This document shows, in pieces, positions 49,489 to 60,733 of a stretch of DNA of 64,000 bases. The notes under the pieces were generated by a model, which ran no database searches, had not been told where the DNA came from, and saw only the letters and a program-made list of their open reading frames with translations. How positions within the stretch are numbered: position 1 is the stretch's first letter; each line of letters begins with the position of its first letter. The stretch is from contig CM120648.1 of assembly GCA_051362555.1 (NCBI GenBank), positions 16,984,587-17,048,586 of the forward strand, given 5' to 3'. The position numbers were made by a program, and so were the translations under genes. The DNA comes from Lingula anatina. Its lineage: Eukaryota; Animalia; Brachiopoda.

Positions 49489-50948
49489 ATTTTATTAGAC
49501 AATAATTTAAAAAATAATTGAAAAGTAGCCCATTTTATTCACACAATAATTTAAATAAAAATAATAACAACAACAAAATAGTGCAAGGGCTCAAAGGTTG
49601 GTGCAGTAAAAGTCAACATCTGATTGGGATTCGGCTTTATTTTTGATCAGAAAATGTGACAGTAGTGCGTGGTGGTGTTATTATCATCGTGTACTACCTA
49701 ATTATGTGATGGTGAATGACATTTCCTCTTCCCCTTATGGAAGATTGCCTAAATACATTAGCAGGAAAACTTGAGTTTCTAAAATTGACGGCAATTCTGT
49801 TTTTAGACAGAAGATGTCAATAGGAAACCAGTTAATAACTGCTTTTGTGGCAAAATAAGGACTAGAAAAGGGGTTAAGGGCTCACTAATACCCCGCTATC
49901 TCTAGATTTGTAAGTCTGTTACAGAGGGGTTCCATATGGAAGACAGAATTTGCATACCTAGATGATATTCTGGTCAAAGGAAAGTCTTATTTCACTTATC
50001 ATGTCACTGATCTGAAGGAGGTTTTAGAGAGATACACAAAATACACAATAATAATTATTTATAAAATTTATTTCTTCCAGTACAGTATCAAGGTTCAAGT
50101 TTTGCAGTAAATGTATAGGTCCTCATTTGTAAATTTATATTTATATTTGTGTGTTTGTGCATATTAAAGATATATTGCACATCAAATATTTAATAAATTC
50201 AGACTTCAAAACAGTTTGGAATTAAAACTGGAGTTTATCAATAACCAAATCATTGAAAAAGTAGCAAAATAACTTTCTATAAAAAATTTCTTTTTTTTTT
50301 TGTTTTTGGGGAGGAAATCCCTTATCTTATTTTTTTATAAAATCTCTCAACCTCTGTATACACATCATTTGACCGGGAAGTAACTTTTTATCTGAGACTT
50401 GGACTGTGAGGGTGCAATTGTCATATTGAAAAGGTTTTGGCTGAACCATCAGAGTTGGCCATACCTGCAATTGGTACAGTATTAACCCCCAAGAACTACT
50501 GAACATAGTGAGGTTTACTCACCAATCTAAATGCTACCTGTTTGGGGAGAATAGACTTACAATCAGAAAAGATTGCTAACATCTGAATTCTGGTAGTTCT
50601 GGTGAGGAATACTTCATTTGGTAGTTTTAACAGTTCAATGCCTCAGAGGGAGAATCACCAAAATAAGTTAGCATTTTCCAAATTTTGCTCAGTTTCATTT
50701 ACAATTTGGATGAATACCTGCATAAAAAAATGTATATATGTATGTATGTATATATGTATATATTTGTGTATATGTAATATATATATTTTATTTATATGTT
50801 TATTGCACAATTGCACTTTTCCTTTGCATAAATCAAAATCTGGGTATTCTCCGAATTGGATGAATTAGGTATAAGTCCTGATACAGGGGATCTAGTCCAG
50901 TATGCCCATGGAGAGGTTCCCTTGACTGAGAATTGGTAAGAAATGCAA
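49489..50948 (+). repeat. 1460-bp inverted copy of the non-autonomous element interior
   Basis: Reverse complement of 51797-53256 (and of 18452-19911). The 88-aa ORF MRNTSF... appears on + at 50602 and on - at 52143 and 18798. Confidence 0.93.
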
Positions 50949-50951
50949 TCA

Positions 50952-53900
50952 TGGAGTGAACCCGAGTGGCTAAAGTCACTTATTCTTGTGATAACTACAG
51001 TCTAACTAGCAGTGATACACATAAAGGCGGCTGTCACGCCCTGATCAGGGGCGTAGACCGCTTACCTTATATTCCACTTATAGGAATCCTGGTACGGTCT
51101 CACAACCGCTCCATGATCAATATCCACTATGGCACTATTGCTGAATGTCAGCTATAGTGGTATAATTAAGTAGGTATGGTATTGGTCAAGGAATACTCGC
51201 AGATTGTGGATTTGACGCCCAAGGTGTGTTCTGTCCGGTGTCTCGTAGTCGAGTGTTAGTCAATTCATATCACGCGCTTCTTCAGCGTGTGTCGACACCT
51301 GGATGGCGCTTCTTCAAGACAGCCCACAACCTTAACATACTGGTTCACAATCACAACATTCCCCCCCATTTTATAATAATTTTTTTTTTAAAAAAGGGAC
51401 CATCCCAATTTTGCATATTTTCTAAAATGGGGAATATACACGTTTAAAAATTGAAGGACCAGCCTTGAAATGCTTGAACTTATAAAAATTTTAATTTAAA
51501 AGATTGTTATAAAAAGATTCCCCAAATTCCTTTTAAAACAATATCCCCGAATTCCTTTTAAAAACAATAGGACCAGCCTATTATATGTTTAAACAAATGG
51601 GACCAGCCCATTAATTTAAATGTTATAGTCTTTGGGGATATATAATAAAATGGTCTCTGGTTTAACTCTGTATGTTTTTGGAGAGAGTCAATTTAACTAC
51701 AATCTCCAAGCAGAGTATCAACCAGATTTCGGATCATCACCTTTGGCTGAATAAATGAAAATAAATGGCATTTTTTATTTATTCACCACAGTTATCTTGC
51801 ATTTCTTACCAATTCTCAGTCAAGGGAACCTCTCCATGGGCATACTGGACTAGATCCCCTGTATCAGGACTTATACCTAATTCATCCAATTCGGAGAATA
51901 CCCAGATTTTGATTTATGCAAAGGAAAAGTGCAATTGTGCAATAAACATATAAATAAAATATATATATTACATATACACAAATATATACATATATACATA
52001 CATACATATATACATTTTTTTATGCAGGTATTCATCCAAATTGTAAATGAAACTGAGCAAAATTTGGAAAATGCTAACTTATTTTGGTGATTCTCCCTCT
52101 GAGGCATTGAACTGTTAAAACTACCAAATGAAGTATTCCTCACCAGAACTACCAGAATTCAGATGTTAGCAATCTTTTCTGATTGTAAGTCTATTCTCCC
52201 CAAACAGGTAGCATTTAGATTGGTGAGTAAACCTCACTATGTTCAGTAGTTCTTGGGGGTTAATACTGTACCAATTGCAGGTATGGCCAACTCTGATGGT
52301 TCAGCCAAAACCTTTTCAATATGACAATTGCACCCTCACAGTCCAAGTCTCAGATAAAAAGTTACTTCCCGGTCAAATGATGTGTATACAGAGGTTGAGA
52401 GATTTTATAAAAAAATAAGATAAGGGATTTCCTCCCCAAAAACAAAAAAAAAAAGAAATTTTTTATAGAAAGTTATTTTGCTACTTTTTCAATGATTTGG
52501 TTATTGATAAACTCCAGTTTTAATTCCAAACTGTTTTGAAGTCTGAATTTATTAAATATTTGATGTGCAATATATCTTTAATATGCACAAACACACAAAT
52601 ATAAATATAAATTTACAAATGAGGACCTATACATTTACTGCAAAACTTGAACCTTGATACTGTACTGGAAGAAATAAATTTTATAAATAATTATTATTGT
52701 GTATTTTGTGTATCTCTCTAAAACCTCCTTCAGATCAGTGACATGATAAGTGAAATAAGACTTTCCTTTGACCAGAATATCATCTAGGTATGCAAATTCT
52801 GTCTTCCATATGGAACCCCTCTGTAACAGACTTACAAATCTAGAGATAGCGGGGTATTAGTGAGCCCTTAACCCCTTTTCTAGTCCTTATTTTGCCACAA
52901 AAGCAGTTATTAACTGGTTTCCTATTGACATCTTCTGTCTAAAAACAGAATTGCCGTCAATTTTAGAAACTCAAGTTTTCCTGCTAATGTATTTAGGCAA
53001 TCTTCCATAAGGGGAAGAGGAAATGTCATTCACCATCACATAATTAGGTAGTACACGATGATAATAACACCACCACGCACTACTGTCACATTTTCTGATC
53101 AAAAATAAAGCCGAATCCCAATCAGATGTTGACTTTTACTGCACCAACCTTTGAGCCCTTGCACTATTTTGTTGTTGTTATTATTTTTATTTAAATTATT
53201 GTGTGAATAAAATGGGCTACTTTTCAATTATTTTTTAAATTATTGTCTAATAAAATAGGCTGGTATGTGACACGAGTTGTTTTAATTGTGTCACTAAATA
53301 TATATATAAAAAGTTTTGAGTTTTCAACATCCAATTGAGCCAACATTATTTGAATCATATTGACCATTGGGAATGGGAATGAATCGGGTAATTTGGTATA
53401 CACAATCCATGGGACAGACTCCCAAATACATGAGACTTATACCCATATTTTTGGCGTGTAACCTTCACAATCGGGTAATATTAGCATCGTCAATTCCCCT
53501 GAGATAGAGTACATGTATACACACTAACACATACCCCAACAGGAACAACTGGTTATGCTAGTTGGTATAAATCGGGTTGGATCAGAATAATTGAATCAGA
53601 GTCAGTCGCATTGATCAGATGCGAGAGAAGTCTCATCAAATATCTGAATCCTATCACATGGTTGTCACTGTTTGGGAATGGCCTGGCCAAATATGTGGGA
53701 AAGACAGTAGGATCTCTTTAGGTTATGTCACTGGTACATTTACCTTAATCTACTAACTGTTCTCCACTTAAGGTCTAGATGAGATGGTACATCAGGAAAT
53801 TTAGCCCATATTTTAGGAGTAATGCTGCTATGCTTACATATACCCCTTAGGCCAAATAATTCCTTCCAAAGAGCACACATCTTTTGTAATGGCCAGTCTA

Positions 53901-56900
53901 AAATTTACAGAAACAGAACCTCTGAGACAGATCTCAAATAATTTTAAACTGAATTCTACCCCTTTAGGTTATACAATACTATGACCAAAAATTATTTATT
54001 TCCAAACTGGAAGTACTGTACATATGTGCATTTTCCTTATTTATTTTGGAGACAATTAACATGCCAGCTGGTGAAACTACAAAGCCAATGGTTTTTATTA
54101 CAAAAACTACTTTTGACTTTTACATTATTTGGGTAGAAATTTTATCAAATATCACCTTTAAACCAAACTGAAATCTAAATTACCCATATAAATTATTCCC
54201 TGTCTCAAAAATTGTCAAATGTAAAAATAGATGAAAACATCACACTTGTGGCCAACCAGCTGTAGTGTGGTTAATTGTTTAGAAATCCATTTATTGATTC
54301 TATTATACGGATAGGGTTATAGAAAGAATTAATATATTTGTTCCTTGCTTGACTTGGGTAAAGTAAAAGTAACCAAAGCAAAGCAAAACAATGCCTGACA
54401 AATCACAGGCTAACTAAGAGCCTCCTTACTTGAAAAAATTATAAGAGATACAAAACAGGAAATTACAAATAAAGAGTTAGAGGACAAAGAAAAAGATACA
54501 GACTAAATACAAATTATGAAAGATTTTGGTCTAATAACAGCAGGAAAAGGAAAGGAAAAGAAAGAAGAAAAGAAAAAGAAAAGAAAAGGTGAAATTCAGA
54601 AAGGATGATGATAAGGAGAAGAATATTAATGATAATGACATGATTTTTTAACATGGCATGGAAAATAGATAAAGGCATGATTAACGAGATTCTGTTCAGG
54701 TTTTGCTCTGAGAGATGACTGCTCTTGTCTACGGTCTTTGTTCAGTGATGTTAACTCTCCCTTTTTATAAACTCACAGCACCTACAGCCAAGCCTAGACA
54801 CACTCAGCCACTGCTACACAAGAGGATAGGTTGTCCCCATTTCCTCCCTCCACCAAATTCAAATGGACAAGCTGTATTATATTATTATTTCTCCCTTCCT
54901 TCTCTGACCAGCAGAGTTGTTAGAGAGATTTTAATTTTTAAGCTTTTGCCCACAAGAACCAGCAGAGTTCGGAACATTTGATAGGACAGCCCCCAACGAA
55001 GCATCCGATAGCTGATATAGCCAGTAAGGAACCCTCCGTTGGACCACCATGAGACTAGCTTCATATGCCCAGCACCGGACCGAGGAACATCTGTGATTAA
55101 AAGATCATTGTTAACCATCATTACTTCCCAAAGACAATGCAAATTGGTTTTTATCTTACTGACCAACTACTATGAACAGGGTTTACAAGGATGCAGTTGC
55201 TTACCCTGGCCCCAGTCAGTTTAATTATTCCCAACGTTGCCTCTAGGGCTTGTTGGAAAAACTGACATTGTTCATAGCATCCTCTATTGATGTAAAGTGA
55301 GACAAACGTGCATATTTTCCCATCTCCCGATCCAAACACCCCCAAAAGAATTTTGTAATACATTCCTTTAAGGTGAATGATTCAGGTAGATCTAGGAACA
55401 CGTCTGTGGCCAGAAAGAAAACCTACATGTAGCATGTCCACTCATTTAAAGATTAGTTTGGGGATTTTTACTGCTTGATAGAACTTTGTATGTGAAATTT
55501 CTGGGAGATTTCCCCTTTGAAACAGTGTTAAGCTCACTGATCAAGGCAGTAAAAAGAATTGGAGCACAGTGATTTGGTGTATAAGTTAATGATGTTACAT
55601 CTTGAGCTCCAATGTATATACTGGTAATCTTTGCACTAATTTTTCCATCCACCCATTTACCTCCCTGTAGCTTTGGAACACTCATCTTAAGTCTTCTCAG
55701 TCCTCCTCATTTTTAAAGGATTTTTAAGAAGATCTAAAGAACTTCCCCTTTTTTTATATATATATACATGGGGATGTGTAACCTCGGCTTGGAGAAAGGT
55801 GGAGGTTTTTCACTGACTTTGGAAAGCCCTGTATATTTTGAGAACTTTCTTCATCCTTAGGCAAATAAGATGGTTTAATTTTTATTGCCCTTTCTGACTC
55901 AATAACGTTTAAGAGTAGGAAAAGTGGATGAGAATTCTCAACAGGATTTTCTTCAGTCAGAGCTGCTGTACCCAATGGTTTTGAGAATCCACTAATAGTT
56001 GGATGGGGGACACTGGGCACATCACCTGGAGCAGGTTTATTCCCCCACCAGGTTCAGCACCCTGTGTATTAAATTGGTTTGGGTTTAAAGATTTTTAGAA
56101 ATTTGTCCAAATATTGGGGGCTACCAGGCACCAGAATAAGCATGTTGGGATTAGTGCCTGATGTTTGAAAGGGATGGGTTGTAAAGTGGGGGTAAATTTT
56201 GGGTTGGATTTCTCAAGTTTGGTAGCAAATCATCAAGATCAGGGTTGGGAAACTGTCACCAAAAACCTGCTTGAATTAAGGGATTTGTTGATGTTAAATA
56301 TCCTAAAGGGTAAATAAATTATGAATTTTAAAAGAAGGTAACAGCTGATGTTTTTTCCCTTCCCAAAATGTTCACTATTCCAATAACATTGGGCTGGGGG
56401 AAAGTGCAGAAATTAATTGGCAAAGACTACAGTATGTAATTTCATCCATATCTTTCTCAAACTCCTGAATGTCCAGTAATGATATGCTGTTTTTAAATAT
56501 ATATTTTTGATTGAGTATTACACTTGTATTTGGGTGGCTTACTTTAAACTTTTACTTAAACTTTACACTAGAATTTTAATTTTGTTTTATAAACAAAAAA
56601 AATTTATAACTTTGTTATTTTGAGTTGTTCACTATACTTTAATAATTGTTAAATTTCAGCTGTTTGTTCATTACTTATAACATCAGATAATGAGAAATCA
56701 ATAGATGTGGGGAATTGCATTAGCTCTTTGTGGACAGGTTTAGGCATCATAAATGGAAGAGGTTGGGGAGAAATAATGTATTTTGGGTTTTGCCCTCTTT
56801 AAAATATTGATAAAATTTCGAAGAATAAAAATAGGGCAACATTTTAGATTTAGTTTTGACCAAAATTTTTGTGCTCATCCAAGAAGATACCTTATTATTA

Positions 56901-57821
56901 CTCCTGAAATCTAAAAGAGCTTCAGCATGCTTTTGACCTATACCAGGCACTCTAATTAGCTCATCATAGGTAGGTAAGATCTACCTTAGATCCCATTGAC
57001 ATTGTTATAACTTGACAAGTCAAAGGTCACACTAACCCAGCATATTTCTGTAAAAGAGGCACTTCCTGTCCCCAATTAGTGTGCGAGTTAATCAGAAGAC
57101 CTGTCTTCTTGTGATCCGGAACTTTCAGATTCACTGAGAAGGTCAGGGGGAAAGTCAAAAATAGGGCTGAGGGGTATTTTGTAAAAGACAATGGAATGGG
57201 CAATGTGAATATATACTGCTGTCTGTTCTTGGGCTAAATGTAGCCGGAAATACAATAAATGAAGTCAAAGGTTCACTTTTGACCTTAAAACTAGGTAAAA
57301 ATTGAAAATAAATGTAAACCCAAAAATACCTTCCCTCAAAAATTTATTCAAATTTCCCCGAAAAACTTCACCCTAACCAAAGAAATAAGAAACTTTACCC
57401 TGAATAAATCTCCAAATATGGTAAATTCTAAGATAAATTTTATAAAAATAAACCCTTACCTTTAAAAAACAGATGCTAGCAGTATATATTAGGGGATCAC
57501 TACCAATTAGTCTGGGGGGCCTCATGTTATCCCCAAGAATAAGTGAGATTACTTTATAATCAAATTTAGATGAAAGAATTTCCTTTTAATCTTTAAATTT
57601 AGTAACCAAAATCATTACTTTCATATACCACCAAATGGACGTACGTTGGACAATAAAAAGTATTGCCACCCCTGCACACGGATCGTGGAGTTAAATAAAC
57701 TTTCACTCCCCCCACCTATCCAAAATTGGCGGCAGACAAAGGAATTTAAAAATTTCTTACACCAAAAATTGATCAAAGAACAGGAAACGGGATCGGTTTT
57801 CCTTGTCGCCAAATGAAGTGA
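50952..57821 (-). mobile_element. Non-autonomous LTR element copy 2 (one full LTR, interior, only 8 bp of the second LTR)
   Basis: Collinear with copy 1 at a constant offset of 33345 (all ORF-track entries duplicated). At least one substitution (23579 T vs 56924 A). It ends at TGAAGTGA 57814-57821. Confidence 0.93.
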
Positions 57822-57975
57822 TATCATGGAATATTTTTCCTTTGCATAAAAATTGCTTTACTTGTTAACTAAAATATGGGACAATTCTTCCCTTTTTGAT
57901 ATAAACAGTTTGTACAAACTATGTACATGAAAATAAATATATCTATAATAATGGTGCAATATTCTACATTAGTGC

Positions 57976-58016
<41 letters not shown>

Positions 58017-58150
58017 TATATATTTTTTTTTTCTTTTTGTTTTTTGTTCTATATTCATATATACAAATGTAAAAAACTAAATAAAAAGCTGTACTTTGTA
58101 ATTTGGTAAGATGGTATATATATATTTTGGTAAGATGGTAAATGACCAGT

Positions 58151-60706
58151 TTACTCATTTTGGTATAATTTAATACCATTTGTGACAGTAATGTCGAGTA
58201 TATGCCTAACCTCGACACCCCTAGCCTCTGCTATGATTTCCGCTGTCTCAAACAGCAAATATGGTGTAGAAGCCCTGATGTTTTGGGCATGAAAATATGG
58301 TGCGTCAGATTCCAAGAGTAGTTTACACTCCGGGACAGCTTTGACCGCCTCCAACTGGGATTTGTTGAAGGTATTCACCAGCCTGGTGAAGCCAAAGTAC
58401 GTGTTGTAATAAACACGCAACCACATCTCCATGAGCTGCTTGCTCCCTGTAAAACAGTGGAAATGGATGGGCTGATGCTCAGGGATGTTGTTCCTTTGAA
58501 GGATTGACAACAGATGCCTGATGGCATACACACAGTCACCACTACCCATCCCACGACAATGCAGCACTAACACCTTGCTGTCAACTACTGAGGGCAGTAA
58601 ATCATTAAGCAGATCTTCCTGATCCTGCCAGACATGGGAGGACTCTGAGAAATCGAGACCAACCTCTCCTATGGCTTGGACATGTGAATCTTTAACCAAC
58701 GTCCTGAAGTCTTTGAGATACTGTTCCCGCAAAGCAGGGGATTGGATGGCCTTTTTCGGATGAAATCCAATAGCTATGTGCATGTTCTCCGGCTTAGTTA
58801 GCAAGGCACTCCGAGTTGGATACCTCTCCGGATCACAATACACCGCTACCGAACCCACCAGATTGACCTCCTTACCCTCTGGCACAGGAACTTTCTCCCT
58901 CAGATTCTCCAGGGTTCCATTGGACGGCAGATTATAAGCTTGGAGAGTCCTGTCCAAGTGGAAATGGCTATCGAAAGCCTGGACTCCGACTCCCATCACT
59001 ACGTCTGCCACTGTTGTCCTCTGGATACCTGCAGGCACCTTGAAATTATTGAGCCATAAATCCCGTTGGACTGGATTCATGCATGAAGCTAGCTTCAGCA
59101 CAGCTCGCCAATGTACAAGTGCACCCACAGAGTTGGCTGGCTTTAGGGTTACTTGCTGGGGCAGAGTGACACCAAGCTCTTTACAGAAGGCTTGCATGGC
59201 TTGCCGTTGGGCTTCGCCAAACCCCCTGATCTTTTTGAGGCCAAATTTTTCGCCTGATGCAGATATAAAATCGCATAGGCTTTGTAAAGGTTTATTAATG
59301 CCAAAAATGAGCGATGTGGCGCACTCCAATGCTTTCACCCTAAGAGCCACGATTTCAGGGATGGTACCCAAACCCTCGTCAAAAATTTCAGGTATATGGG
59401 TCATAGCATGTACCTTGACTGCACCCCTTTCAATATTGGGGTCACTACATCCAGGGACCTGACATTTTGTCATTTTGGGTTCAACCTTAGCCACTTTTAG
59501 GCTAGGTTCCCCCACAGACTCAATCAGAGATTCTCGTTTCCGAGATTCCCCAGATGCAGCCACAGTCGCTGGCTTCTGCACAGACTGACCTGACTTGGAC
59601 GATTTTGCTGATTTGGGCTTTCTTTTCTTCTTTCTGCTTTTTCCGGATTGGGATTTCTCCCCCGTACTCGCAGATTCAGAAAAGGGATTGATGCTTTTTC
59701 CGGTTTGGGATACTTGCCCAACTGAATGGGCTTTCTCCCCCGTACTAGGCAAGGAAGGGAAGGAAAGGCTTTTTCCGGTTTGGGATACTTGCCCAACTGA
59801 ATGGGCTTTCTCCCCCGTACTAGGCAAGGAAGGGAAGGAGAGGCTCATTAAGGATGGAATTGGCCTTTTAATCTGTTTTCCGGTTTGGGATACTTGCCCA
59901 ACTGAATGAGCTTTCTCCCCCGTACTGGCAGGCTCTTGTTTTCCGGCTTGGGATACTTGCCCAACTGAATGGGCTTTCTCCCCCGTACTAACATAGACAG
60001 AAGCAGAAGATGGGGGTGGTAAATTCGCGGCAATACGCGCCAAGGCTGCCCTTCTACTACCCTCCATGGAATACACAAGGCTTGGGGACTTTTCCAAAGG
60101 AGACTCACGGGGTTTAGGGCTCCCTTTGGTAGCAGATCCATCTGAGGATCCAAGCAATTCCGAAGAATTGCCAGACTCCCCAGAATAGACCTCCCCCTCC
60201 AGGATGTCCACCTCCATGGCCTCTGCTGATGTTGAAGGAACTGGTGTGGAAGTCCCCCCTCCCCCAGACACCACAAAAGAGGTTTGGGTAATAGTGGGGT
60301 CAGTTCCCAACCTTATATCCCTGACTGGTCCCGAGAAAACACTTGGCTCCCCAATAGGTTTGGGTCGCACTGGTTTCCTGGATTTCCCAGTCTTAGGATT
60401 AGGTGGGAGTTTGGAGATATGTTTTTCCACCCAATTTCTATTGGAAATCCCCTTGGAGAGTACCTCAGACGCCAATTCGCGCAGCCATGAGTAATACTCA
60501 CCCTTCTTCTTAGCTTTGGCCATTTGGATTTTACACAAGTCCACTACATCTAATACTGACTGTTGGATTTTGTCAGTTTTACCGGGCAGAGCTTCTACAA
60601 GATTTTGGACAAAGTCCCCGGCTTGGATGGCTGGGAATACACGGAATTTCTTCCATATTTCCAATTCATCCAGAACTTTACTCTTGGACTGTTGCTGCTG
60701 GGCCAT
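58151..60706 (-). CDS. tatD: Retrotransposon ORF3: 851-aa protein with Ser/Gly-rich repeats, C2H2-like finger and C-terminal TatD metal-dependent nuclease domain
   Basis: TatD motifs in order: DSHFH, IGFHP, AIGEVGLD, VLHCR, HFHCFTG, YFGF, LLESDAPY. Uninterrupted ORF between pol and the 3' LTR. Confidence 0.9.
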   Translation of the reverse strand: MAQQQQSKSKVLDELEIWKKFRVFPAIQAGDFVQNLVEALPGKTDKIQQSVLDVVDLCKIQMAKAKKKGEYYSWLRELASEVLSKGISNRNWVEKHISKLPPNPKTGKSRKPVRPKPIGEPSVFSGPVRDIRLGTDPTITQTSFVVSGGGGTSTPVPSTSAEAMEVDILEGEVYSGESGNSSELLGSSDGSATKGSPKPRESPLEKSPSLVYSMEGSRRAALARIAANLPPPSSASVYVSTGEKAHSVGQVSQAGKQEPASTGEKAHSVGQVSQTGKQIKRPIPSLMSLSFPSLPSTGEKAHSVGQVSQTGKSLSFPSLPSTGEKAHSVGQVSQTGKSINPFSESASTGEKSQSGKSRKKKRKPKSAKSSKSGQSVQKPATVAASGESRKRESLIESVGEPSLKVAKVEPKMTKCQVPGCSDPNIERGAVKVHAMTHIPEIFDEGLGTIPEIVALRVKALECATSLIFGINKPLQSLCDFISASGEKFGLKKIRGFGEAQRQAMQAFCKELGVTLPQQVTLKPANSVGALVHWRAVLKLASCMNPVQRDLWLNNFKVPAGIQRTTVADVVMGVGVQAFDSHFHLDRTLQAYNLPSNGTLENLREKVPVPEGKEVNLVGSVAVYCDPERYPTRSALLTKPENMHIAIGFHPKKAIQSPALREQYLKDFRTLVKDSHVQAIGEVGLDFSESSHVWQDQEDLLNDLLPSVVDSKVLVLHCRGMGSGDCVYAIRHLLSILQRNNIPEHQPIHFHCFTGSKQLMEMWLRVYYNTYFGFTRLVNTFNKSQLEAVKAVPECKLLLESDAPYFHAQNIRASTPYLLFETAEIIAEARGVEVRHILDITVTNGIKLYQNE
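59652..59990 (-). repeat. Coding repeat STGEKAHSVGQVSQ(T/A)GK, four copies plus a partial fifth, within ORF3
   Basis: TTTCTCCCCCGTACT recurs five times, in frame. Confidence 0.9.
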
Positions 60707-60733
60707 CTGAAATGATAAATGAACACACAGATT

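Noticed and set aside
50952-57821. Copy 2 as a pure assembly duplicate of copy 1
   Set aside because: It has different flanks and at least one internal substitution, so it is treated as real; read-level confirmation is still needed.
58151-60706. ORF3 as Env or as an independent host/bacterial tatD gene
   Set aside because: No TM or signal features. It is intronless, 27 nt from the pol stop, on the same strand and inside the PPT/LTR boundary, and the flanking DNA is clearly eukaryotic.
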